A DNA stretch of 64,000 nucleotides from Patescibacteria group bacterium (GTDB lineage Bacteria; Patescibacteriota; Minisyncoccia; Phycocordibacterales; DATDWN01). Below, piece by piece: positions 56,469-64,000 of this stretch. Made by a program: the position numbers and the translations under genes. Where the stretch lies: contig JAZKJH010000003.1 of the NCBI GenBank assembly GCA_040384485.1, positions 144,979 through 208,978 of the forward strand, given 5' to 3'. The notes under the pieces were generated by a model, which saw only the letters and a list, made by a program, of their open reading frames with translations, was not told where the DNA came from and made no database searches. The first letter of the stretch is position 1; each line of letters starts with the position of its first letter.

Positions 56469-56828
56469 TTACAAGTTTTCTTTTATTATTCTGGCGTTGT
56501 TTTCAAAATCTTTTGCATCACCGGGAGTTTCTTTGTTTGGAAAAACCCAGATGTGAGCATGATGAACTTCGTCACCTACTATTTTAGAGAGTATCCATTC
56601 GGTATTGAAAGCTTTTCTTTGTGCTAGAGCTATTTTTTTACAAACTTCAAAGTATTCTTCTGTGTTTGGGGTGTCCCAAACCCAACGATGATGTTCTTTC
56701 GGTATTACTTGAACATGCCCAGGAGATTGAGGATTAATATCAAGAAAAGCTAAAAAATTATCATTTTCGTAGACTTTGTAGCAAGGTATTTCTCCCTTAA
56801 CTATTTTGCAGAATATACATGTTTCCAT
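56469..56828 (-). CDS. HIT-family nucleotide hydrolase
   Basis: CIFCKI, AFLDINP..PGH, HAHIW (third triad His replaced by W). Confidence 0.9.
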   Translation of the reverse strand: METCIFCKIVKGEIPCYKVYENDNFLAFLDINPQSPGHVQVIPKEHHRWVWDTPNTEEYFEVCKKIALAQRKAFNTEWILSKIVGDEVHHAHIWVFPNKETPGDAKDFENNARIIKENL

Positions 56829-56867
56829 CGCTAAATTCTATCATATTTTCTGTGATAGAATAATCAA

Positions 56868-58592
56868 ATGTCAAAATACTCAGCACGAGAAACAATTCCA
56901 GAAAATGTGGGAGAAGCGTTAAAAACCTATCATCCCTTCGTACAATCCCTCCTATACACTCGTGGAGTTGTGGATGCCGAAAATGCCGAAAGATTTCTAA
57001 ATCCTAAGTATAATGAGCATTTGCACGACCCATACTTACTCAAAGGAATGGATAAGGCAATAAAGCGAATACTCAAAGCAATTAAGGATGGAGAAAAAAT
57101 AGGAATATTTAGTGACTACGATGCAGACGGTATTCCTGGAGCAGTGGCACTTCATGATTTTTTTAAAAAGATTGGTTACCAGAATTTTGTAAATTATATT
57201 CCACTTCGTAATGAAGAAGGTTTCGGTCTTAACAATGATGCAATATGTAACCTAGCAGAAGATGGAGTAACTCTGATCATCACCATAGACTGTGGTATTA
57301 CAGACATAGAGCAGGTTGAGTGCGCAAATGAAAAAGGAATAGATGTAATCATTACTGACCACCATCTTCCTATGAAAAAGATTCCCAAGGCATTTGCCAT
57401 AGTAAATCCAAAACAAAAAGACTGCGAGTATCCAGACAAAAACTTGTGTGGGTCTGGAGTTATTTTCAAAGTGATTCAGGCACTTGTTTCAAAAATAAAG
57501 GATGATAAGAATTTTAATTGGAAAGAAGGACAGGAAAAGTGGTTACTTGATATGGTGGGACTAGCTACTATGTCGGACATGGTTCCTCTCATTGGGGAGA
57601 ATAGGGTTTTGTCATACTTCGGCATGAAGGTTTTGCAGAAGTCTCCTCGCGTGGGTTTACAGAAACTTTTTGCAATGCTCAAGATTAATTCACACACAGC
57701 TACCGAAGACGATATTGCTTTTATGATAACTCCGCGTATCAACGCCGCAAGTCGTATGGGAATACCTAGGGACGCGTTTCTTCTGCTTTCTACGGTGGAC
57801 GAAGTCGAAGCGGGGATGCTTGCAGAACACCTGAACAACAAGAATGACGAGCGAAAAGGTGTGGTGGCAAGTATGATAAAGGAAGTAAAAAGGAAATTAG
57901 AGTCGAGAAACGACCCAATGAAAAAAGTTTTAGTTTTCGGCAACCCAGAGTGGAAACCAAGTTTGCTGGGCCTTGTGGCTAACAGTTTTTCTGATGAGCA
58001 CGAAAGACCAACTTTTTTCTGGGGAAGAAATGGAGAGAGCGACGGAGTAATAAAAGGTTCTTGTCGTGCGGGAGGAAACACTAATATTGTGAAGCTTATG
58101 GAAAAAGTGAAAGATGTTTTTGTAGACTATGGTGGACATAAAGGAGCCGGGGGATTTTCATTATTGCAAGAGCATGTTCATACACTAGAAGATAGACTGA
58201 ACGAAGCCTATCTTGAGCTAATGGAAACAGAAGGTTTAGAAGAAGATATAATGGTCGACAAGAAACTTTCACTGGATGATGTATCTTGGGAAACGTGGGG
58301 TCATATAGAAAAGTTTGCACCTTTTGGGCTAGAAAATCCAAAACCTACTTTTATTTTTGAGAACATCCAAATAGACGCTGTAAAGTTGTTTGGTAAGGAA
58401 AAGAACCATCTGGAACTAAAATTTAAGAATGGAAAAGGAAAAGACGTAACAGCAATGGCCTTTTTCTCAAATCTAGATTCCTACGGAACCAAGCTCGAGA
58501 GGGTAAGCACAATAAACCTAGTAGCAACAATGGAAAAGTCAGTATTTCGTAACTTTCCAGAACTTCGCCTGCGAATAGTCGATATATTTTAA
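56868..58592 (+). CDS. recJ: Single-stranded DNA exonuclease RecJ
   Basis: DYDADG, DCG, TDHH, PRINAASR, GGH..AGG, PFG..NP.P. Confidence 0.95.
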   Translation: MSKYSARETIPENVGEALKTYHPFVQSLLYTRGVVDAENAERFLNPKYNEHLHDPYLLKGMDKAIKRILKAIKDGEKIGIFSDYDADGIPGAVALHDFFKKIGYQNFVNYIPLRNEEGFGLNNDAICNLAEDGVTLIITIDCGITDIEQVECANEKGIDVIITDHHLPMKKIPKAFAIVNPKQKDCEYPDKNLCGSGVIFKVIQALVSKIKDDKNFNWKEGQEKWLLDMVGLATMSDMVPLIGENRVLSYFGMKVLQKSPRVGLQKLFAMLKINSHTATEDDIAFMITPRINAASRMGIPRDAFLLLSTVDEVEAGMLAEHLNNKNDERKGVVASMIKEVKRKLESRNDPMKKVLVFGNPEWKPSLLGLVANSFSDEHERPTFFWGRNGESDGVIKGSCRAGGNTNIVKLMEKVKDVFVDYGGHKGAGGFSLLQEHVHTLEDRLNEAYLELMETEGLEEDIMVDKKLSLDDVSWETWGHIEKFAPFGLENPKPTFIFENIQIDAVKLFGKEKNHLELKFKNGKGKDVTAMAFFSNLDSYGTKLERVSTINLVATMEKSVFRNFPELRLRIVDIF

Positions 58593-58628
58593 AAATACAT
58601 AGGTCTCACCTATGTATTTTTAAAATAT
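58584..58628 (+). terminator. 21-bp perfect inverted repeat at the recJ stop
   Basis: ATATTTTAAAAATACATAGGT-CTC-ACCTATGTATTTTTAAAATAT. Confidence 0.65.
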
Positions 58629-58740
58629 GGTGTAATGAGTGGAGTAAAAAATGGCCTTATAAGGCTATTTTTTATATACAGACACCACATTTTCAGCTTA
58701 AATGCTTGACAAATATATTTAAATATGTTAAGATTATAAA

Positions 58741-58975
58741 AGAATTAACAAATGACCTGATGGGAAAGAACAGGGCTCAATCTTTCCTTGGATAACGCGG
58801 ACTGCCAGCATAATGGCTAAAAGTCCCCAAACACCGCCGCGATGAGGAACATCCTATGAAGCGTAGATGATTAAGTCGTCGGACTTGGAAGAGTTCGGCG
58901 CATAGGTAGGCTAAGGGGATTAGCCGCAAACCAACCCCACAACTTCCCGGCATCTCACAAGGATGCCGATTTTTT
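58741..58975 (+). ncRNA. Candidate ~235-nt structured non-coding RNA
   Basis: TTGACA-17-TAAGAT (58706-58734); GC-richer body with at least six hairpins; terminator 58948-58975; only very short ORFs seen. Confidence 0.6.
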
Positions 58976-59153
58976 ATATAAGAACTATATTTTAGGCCAT
59001 ATTCCCAGCCATCATGCCTGTTTTTCTTTACCTTGACATAGGGAAAATTAAGTGCTAATATTTAGCATAACTACCTTATATTTCCTCTTCTAAAGTTTTT
59101 TACGTTTCGTAAAGGATTTTGGAAGGGGAAATTTTGTTCCCCGAGTTCTTTAC

Positions 59154-61040
59154 ATGGCCTTAAAAAAGAGGCCCTTAACAGAGGGAGAGTGGATGAAAAA
59201 GTTGAGTGAGTTGAAGGAAACAATGATGACGTTGTTTCTGGCCACGAAGTATTCTTTGGCATTTTGCTGGAGGAACAGTCGCGGCGCCACAATGTTTCGG
59301 ATAGTGATCGCAGTTTGCACAACACTACTGATGTATCTTGGAATCCAGTCAAACGGGTTCATGATCAACAGCGTTCAAAACTCCATTGGAAAGTTCAGCC
59401 CCACGGACAGCTTTTATAAAGTGTTCGTGGAGGGGGGTATTTTATACCCAGTTCTTTTCATTAGTGGAGTGATCTTGTTTGGGATGTTCTTGAGCAGGTT
59501 CAACTGGTATTACAGAAGTAAGTGGAACCAGACTCTGCGTTTCGCAAACCAGCGAGAATTGAACAACCACCGAGCAACTCTAGATATTGCACGATTCAAA
59601 AGTAAGGAGTACGACGATTTGTCCAAACGAATCCAAGAACTCCCTACATCGTGGCAAACGAGAATTTGGTTTTCTGATGAGATGCTAAGTCTCTTCACAA
59701 CTTCAGTTTCGTTTGTTTTGTTCGGGGCGTCACTTTTGTGGTACAAACCCGTTTACGCACTCATCCTGGTGGTGACTTCGTTGCCGATGATGTTCACAGA
59801 GTTTCGACTCGGAGCATTGTGGTGGGGTCTGTTTGAAAAAATGGTCCCTCACAACAAAAAGCGCTCTGTCTTGGAACGACCGTATCATGGGCCCACAGCA
59901 TTTGCCCAAGCATTGATGTGGAATCAGATGTCGCCACTTCGTCGAAAGATTGATATCAATATCGGCGAGGTGGTGAATGAGTACGACAGCATCAGGTCTA
60001 CAGTCCTTAAAAAGGAGATTGTCACAAACTTCTTTGCTATTGCTGGCCTTTGCGGGATTCTGGTGAACGAGATTTTGTTTACCGTTACTCACGCGGGGCA
60101 GATCGGAACCTTCACGGTTATCTTTGCTGCAGCCAAGACATTTCAGGGTAACCTGGAGTCGATTGTCACAGTTATTGCTAACCAGTGGAATAATGCCAAA
60201 GGAGTCATTCTCATCGAGAAGGATTTCCTGGGGCTAAAACCGCTTGTCCAGACTGAATACCCAGTGGTGCCAAGTTTCGAAAACACGCCGAGGATTCGGT
60301 TCGAAGACGTCAAGTTCATTTACCCAGAGAGTGAGAACGAAGTACTCAGGGGAGTGAACTTTGTTATCGAGCCCGGTAGTAAAACGGTGATTCTCGGGAA
60401 AAGTGGTAATGGCAAATCAACCCTTCTTCATCTTTTGATGCGACAGTACGACCCCACCTCAGGCAACATCTTTGTAGGCGAAACAAACCTACGAAGCATT
60501 GAGCCCAATGTTTGGTCAAATGTGGTTTCTGCACTTATGCAGGAGTACACAGTGCTGGAACGCAAAATTGGGGAGGAGATAGCTTCTTCTCGACTGGATG
60601 AACCGGTTGATATGGATAGGGTAGCCGAGTCCGCTCGGTTCGCACACTTCGATGGAGTTGTGAGTTCGGATCCGGATGGATACGAGTCTCAGATCGGCGT
60701 TGATTTTGGTGGCAGGGATTTCTCGGGTGGTGAACGTCAACGCCTCGCGTTGGCTCGAGTTCATTATCGAGGGACACCTATCCTTATTCTGGATGAGCCA
60801 GATTCCAAGCTCGATGCCGAGTCAGCTCAGAAGGTTATCGACCAAGTCTTCGCACTTTCCGGAGTGACGGTCATCATGATCACACATCATGTTTCTCGCG
60901 CAGAGAGATGTGACAAAGTCATTGTGATGGGCGAAGGTCGAGTAGTCGAAGAGGGAACTCCCTCTGAACTTCTGGCTAAAGGCGAAATCTATGCCTCAAT
61001 GCTCCAAAAAGACAGAGAGCGCGCAGGTCTTAAGTCATAG
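59154..61040 (+). CDS. ABC exporter, fused permease + ATPase (stand-alone cassette, start uncertain)
   Basis: TM domain, GKSGNGKS, FSGGERQR, LDEP; own TTGACA-17-TAATAT at 59033 and strong terminator CACCGCGTGCCCAAA/TTTGGGCACGCGGTG. Confidence 0.88.
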   Translation: MALKKRPLTEGEWMKKLSELKETMMTLFLATKYSLAFCWRNSRGATMFRIVIAVCTTLLMYLGIQSNGFMINSVQNSIGKFSPTDSFYKVFVEGGILYPVLFISGVILFGMFLSRFNWYYRSKWNQTLRFANQRELNNHRATLDIARFKSKEYDDLSKRIQELPTSWQTRIWFSDEMLSLFTTSVSFVLFGASLLWYKPVYALILVVTSLPMMFTEFRLGALWWGLFEKMVPHNKKRSVLERPYHGPTAFAQALMWNQMSPLRRKIDINIGEVVNEYDSIRSTVLKKEIVTNFFAIAGLCGILVNEILFTVTHAGQIGTFTVIFAAAKTFQGNLESIVTVIANQWNNAKGVILIEKDFLGLKPLVQTEYPVVPSFENTPRIRFEDVKFIYPESENEVLRGVNFVIEPGSKTVILGKSGNGKSTLLHLLMRQYDPTSGNIFVGETNLRSIEPNVWSNVVSALMQEYTVLERKIGEEIASSRLDEPVDMDRVAESARFAHFDGVVSSDPDGYESQIGVDFGGRDFSGGERQRLALARVHYRGTPILILDEPDSKLDAESAQKVIDQVFALSGVTVIMITHHVSRAERCDKVIVMGEGRVVEEGTPSELLAKGEIYASMLQKDRERAGLKS

Positions 61041-61115
61041 TTAGTCATTTACACGCACCGCGTGCCCAAACTTTGGGCACGCGGTGATTTTTTTTAATTT
61101 TGATATAATACTTTC

Positions 61116-61787
61116 ATGATTATTTTTACTGACGGTTCGTCTAGGGGCAACCCTGGAAGAGGGGGGTGGGGAGCTATTATTTTTGGGAATGACAATGTAA
61201 CAGAGCTTGGTGGTAACGAGTCTAACACTACCAACAATAGAATGGAGCTAATGGCTGTTATTTCTGCACTTGAGTTTGCAAAAGAAAAAGAAATTGTGGT
61301 TTACACCGACTCAGCTTACATAGTTTCTGGTATTACTCGATGGATTGCTGGATGGAAAAGAAATAACTGGAAGACTAGTACAAAAGATGACGTGTTGAAT
61401 CGTGATTTGTGGGAGAGGTTGGACAACGCAACTGCAAAAAGAATTATTGATTGGAGACTAGTAAAAGGTCATAGTGGTAACCCAGGCAACGAGAGGTGTG
61501 ATGTTATCGCAACTACTTTTGCAGATAACGATCCAACATCCTTATATAATGGACCAAAAGAAAACTACAATATTAACCCGAGCGTGGATAACAGTTTGTC
61601 GACAACCCAGAAACCAAAAAACAAAGGTAAGGGATATTCTTATGTGAGTTCAGTTGATGGAGTAATTCAAGTTCACAGAACTTGGGAAGAGTGTAAAAAA
61701 AGAGTGAACGGTACAAGTGGTGCAAAGTTTAAAAAATCTTTTTCTCCAGAAAACGAAGAAGAAATAATAAACGAGTTTACAAGGTAA
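61116..61787 (+). CDS. rnhA: Ribonuclease HI with a C-terminal hybrid-binding (viroplasmin-like) domain
   Basis: FTDGSSRGNPG, TNNRMEL, TDS.Y, KGHSG..GNERCD; tail TWEECKKRVNG..GAKFKK. Confidence 0.92.
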   Translation: MIIFTDGSSRGNPGRGGWGAIIFGNDNVTELGGNESNTTNNRMELMAVISALEFAKEKEIVVYTDSAYIVSGITRWIAGWKRNNWKTSTKDDVLNRDLWERLDNATAKRIIDWRLVKGHSGNPGNERCDVIATTFADNDPTSLYNGPKENYNINPSVDNSLSTTQKPKNKGKGYSYVSSVDGVIQVHRTWEECKKRVNGTSGAKFKKSFSPENEEEIINEFTR

Positions 61788-61869
61788 ATATACGAATGGG
61801 TAAGATACTAAAACCTACGAATGACTACGAATGAATACAGAACTAGGGAAAATTTATTAAATATCTGCC

Positions 61870-63342
61870 ATGGTGGTTTCATTATTTAGTGGATTTATTC
61901 TCGGGTTGTTTGTAGGGTCATTGACTACCTACTTAATTACCTTATGCTCAGTATTCTTTTTTCTATTTTTAATTTTCTTTTTTTACAAAAACTTTCTTCA
62001 AGAATCTCAGAAGAAAGTTTTTTTGTATATTGCAATATGTTTGTTAGGAATATCACTTGGTTTGCTTAGAATGAATTTTTCTAATTTGAATCAAGAGTCA
62101 GAACTCGCTTCTTATGTTGGGCAAAAAATTTCTGTGGTCGGAGTAGTTGTTTCAGAACCAGATGTTAGGGAATCTAGTACACGGTATCATGTTCGAATTA
62201 TTGAGGTTTTAGGTCCCAACATAATTCAAAAAATAGATGAAAAAATTTTGGTGAGTGTGCCTACGTATCCAAAGTTCAGTTATGGTGACAAAGTTGAGAT
62301 GGTGGTTACGCTTTCTGAACCAAGTGAAATAGAAAACGACGGACGAGTTTTTGATTATGTAAACTATTTGAGAGTGAGAGGGGTTTGGCTAACGAGTCGT
62401 TTTACAACCATAAAGTTTTTAGAAAGTGGACATGGAAATCCTGTCAAAGAAAAATTGTTTGCAATAAAAAGTTATTTTGTAAGTTCCATAAAAAATACTT
62501 TACCTGAACCAGAATCCAGTTTACTGGGTGGGCTATTGCTTGGCTCAAAGCAAAGTTTGGGTAAAGAACTTTTGGATGATTTTCAAAAAACTGGAGTGTC
62601 GCATATCGTGGTACTTTCTGGTTACAACATCGCACTTGTGGCAAATAGTATAGTTGAAGTTTTTAAATTTTTACCAAAACATTTGTCGTTTGGGTTCGGA
62701 GCGGTGGGAATATTTTTGTTCGCATTGTTGTCTGGTGGAGGAGCTTCTGTCTGGCGTGCGTCGATAATGGTGTTAGTTGCTTTGTTTGCGAAACACTCCA
62801 ACCGAGACTACAACGCGGCCAAGATATTGGGTTTCACAATCTTTGTGATGTTGTTTCCGAACCCGCTTCTCCTTGTGTTCGATCCGTCTTTCCAGCTGTC
62901 TGTGCTTGCCACAATCGGGCTGGTGTTTGTTTCACCAGTGTTATTGCCATATCTCACAAAGGTTCCAGAGAGGTTTGGTTTGCGAGAAATAGTTTCAACA
63001 ACTCTCTCCACACAGGTAACAGTGTTACCGCTACTTCTGTACAGTACCGGATTATTTTCTGTAGTTTCACTCCCTGTAAATATTTTAGTTCTTGTAACAA
63101 TACCGTTCGCTATGCTCTTAGGTTTTGTGACCGGACTCTTTGGACTTGTCTCTTTTTATCTAGCTTTCATTCCAGGAATTTTTACTTATATTTTTTTATG
63201 GTACGAACTAAAAGTTATCGAGGTAGGTGCTGACATTCCTTTTGCAGCAGTTTCACTACCTGCTTTTTCTCCAATTTTTCTTTTTGTTGTCTATGCAATT
63301 ATTTTCCTGTGGTTGTATATTTTGAAAAAGAAAAAACTCTAG
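61870..63342 (+). CDS. comEC: ComEC/Rec2 DNA uptake channel (OB + competence domain, no beta-lactamase domain)
   Basis: FDYVNYL, TGVSHIVVLSGYN, SVWRASIM, SFQLS. Confidence 0.92.
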   Translation: MVVSLFSGFILGLFVGSLTTYLITLCSVFFFLFLIFFFYKNFLQESQKKVFLYIAICLLGISLGLLRMNFSNLNQESELASYVGQKISVVGVVVSEPDVRESSTRYHVRIIEVLGPNIIQKIDEKILVSVPTYPKFSYGDKVEMVVTLSEPSEIENDGRVFDYVNYLRVRGVWLTSRFTTIKFLESGHGNPVKEKLFAIKSYFVSSIKNTLPEPESSLLGGLLLGSKQSLGKELLDDFQKTGVSHIVVLSGYNIALVANSIVEVFKFLPKHLSFGFGAVGIFLFALLSGGGASVWRASIMVLVALFAKHSNRDYNAAKILGFTIFVMLFPNPLLLVFDPSFQLSVLATIGLVFVSPVLLPYLTKVPERFGLREIVSTTLSTQVTVLPLLLYSTGLFSVVSLPVNILVLVTIPFAMLLGFVTGLFGLVSFYLAFIPGIFTYIFLWYELKVIEVGADIPFAAVSLPAFSPIFLFVVYAIIFLWLYILKKKKL

Positions 63343-63366
63343 CGGTGCTAGAGTTTTTATACTTAA

Positions 63367-63972
63367 CTATATTTTTGAGTTGTTAAAGTTTGCTTCTATT
63401 TTTTTCCAATTCAGATTTGTAAAGAAGTCCTCGATGTATTGTTTCTTTCCACTCGGTTGGTAGTCTGCAACAAAAGAGTGTTCCCACATGTCGAGCGCCA
63501 GAACTAATGTGCAATCTTGCAGCTGTCCCAAATGTTGTTCATCAACCCAGCTCATCAAAAGCCTGTGTTCTTTTCTGTCCAAATAAAGCATCGCCCAACC
63601 AACGCCTCGAGTCATAGCAAGAGCCTTAAATTGTGTCAGCCATGATTCATATGAACCCCACAAGTATGCTATCGATTTTGCTAGCTCGCTCTCAGAGTCC
63701 AATTCATTTGCTCCACCTGATAATGAATCAAAATAAACTTCGTGGTTTCTCATGCCACTGTACTCGAAAGAGAATCTTCGATAAAGCTCGCTTACTACAT
63801 ACGGAGCAAAAGCGTCTTCAGTTGCATAGCCATTATATTCCGGAATTTTTTCTAAAACAGAGTTAGCATTTTTTACATATCCAGCATAAAGTTTCAAATG
63901 TTCCTCAATGTTTTTTGCGCTTATTCCTTTTAACTCACCAATCTCAAATTTTTTTTCTTCGAATTTCATCAT
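63367..63972 (-). CDS. Fe/Mn superoxide dismutase
   Basis: EH..LY.GYV, NHEVY, GVGWA, DMWEH. Confidence 0.9.
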   Translation of the reverse strand: MMKFEEKKFEIGELKGISAKNIEEHLKLYAGYVKNANSVLEKIPEYNGYATEDAFAPYVVSELYRRFSFEYSGMRNHEVYFDSLSGGANELDSESELAKSIAYLWGSYESWLTQFKALAMTRGVGWAMLYLDRKEHRLLMSWVDEQHLGQLQDCTLVLALDMWEHSFVADYQPSGKKQYIEDFFTNLNWKKIEANFNNSKI

Positions 63973-64000
63973 AAAGTATATATACGAATTAGCTGATAAT

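Noticed and set aside
58741-58975. RNase P RNA or hammerhead ribozyme identity for the ncRNA candidate
   Set aside because: Only loose resemblance; lacks GAGGAAAGUCC with its P4 partner and lacks an intact CUGANGA/GAAA core
365-63866. Numerous 60-200 aa antisense or alternate-frame ORFs inside long genes
   Set aside because: Shadow ORFs with Ser/Phe/Ile-biased composition and no expression signals noticed
1-64000. CRISPR array, cas genes, rRNA, prophage, IS transposase or reverse transcriptase
   Set aside because: No regularly spaced repeats or recognisable motifs for any of these in the sequence or ORF track
1-64000. UGA-to-Gly recoding (code 25)
   Set aside because: Conserved genes are full length under code 11 with no internal TGA, and Gly motifs use GGN codons

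Overview
AT-rich chromosomal segment read with standard code 11. Gene content suggests a Patescibacteria/CPR (Parcubacteria-like) bacterium; this is inference. It holds a CPR-type T4SS-like cluster (VirB4, TraC-like, PrgI, VirB6-like, a 1247-aa secreted protein), a type IV pilus operon, competence genes (comM, comEC), housekeeping genes (rsmA, pcrA, rpsO, xer, xth, cca, HU, rny, clpP, rsmE, tig, ppaC, nusA, tpiA, pgk, recJ, rnhA, sod) and four tRNAs without encoded CCA. Most unusual signals: (1) a two-tier expression grammar, in which core genes are leaderless or lack a Shine-Dalgarno (SD) while about 12 scattered orphan genes are self-contained cassettes with a TTGACA-type promoter, strong SD and their own terminator; (2) a ~130-nt element after two different tRNAs, built as tRNA 3' end / inverted copy of that 3' end / invariant core / direct copy of that 3' end; (3) a promoter- and terminator-bounded ~235-nt structured RNA candidate; (4) a 68-bp intergenic repeat with compensatory base changes; (5) seven parS-like sites, several inside coding sequence, next to DnaA boxes. 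All family assignments come from motif recognition by eye; no database searches were run.
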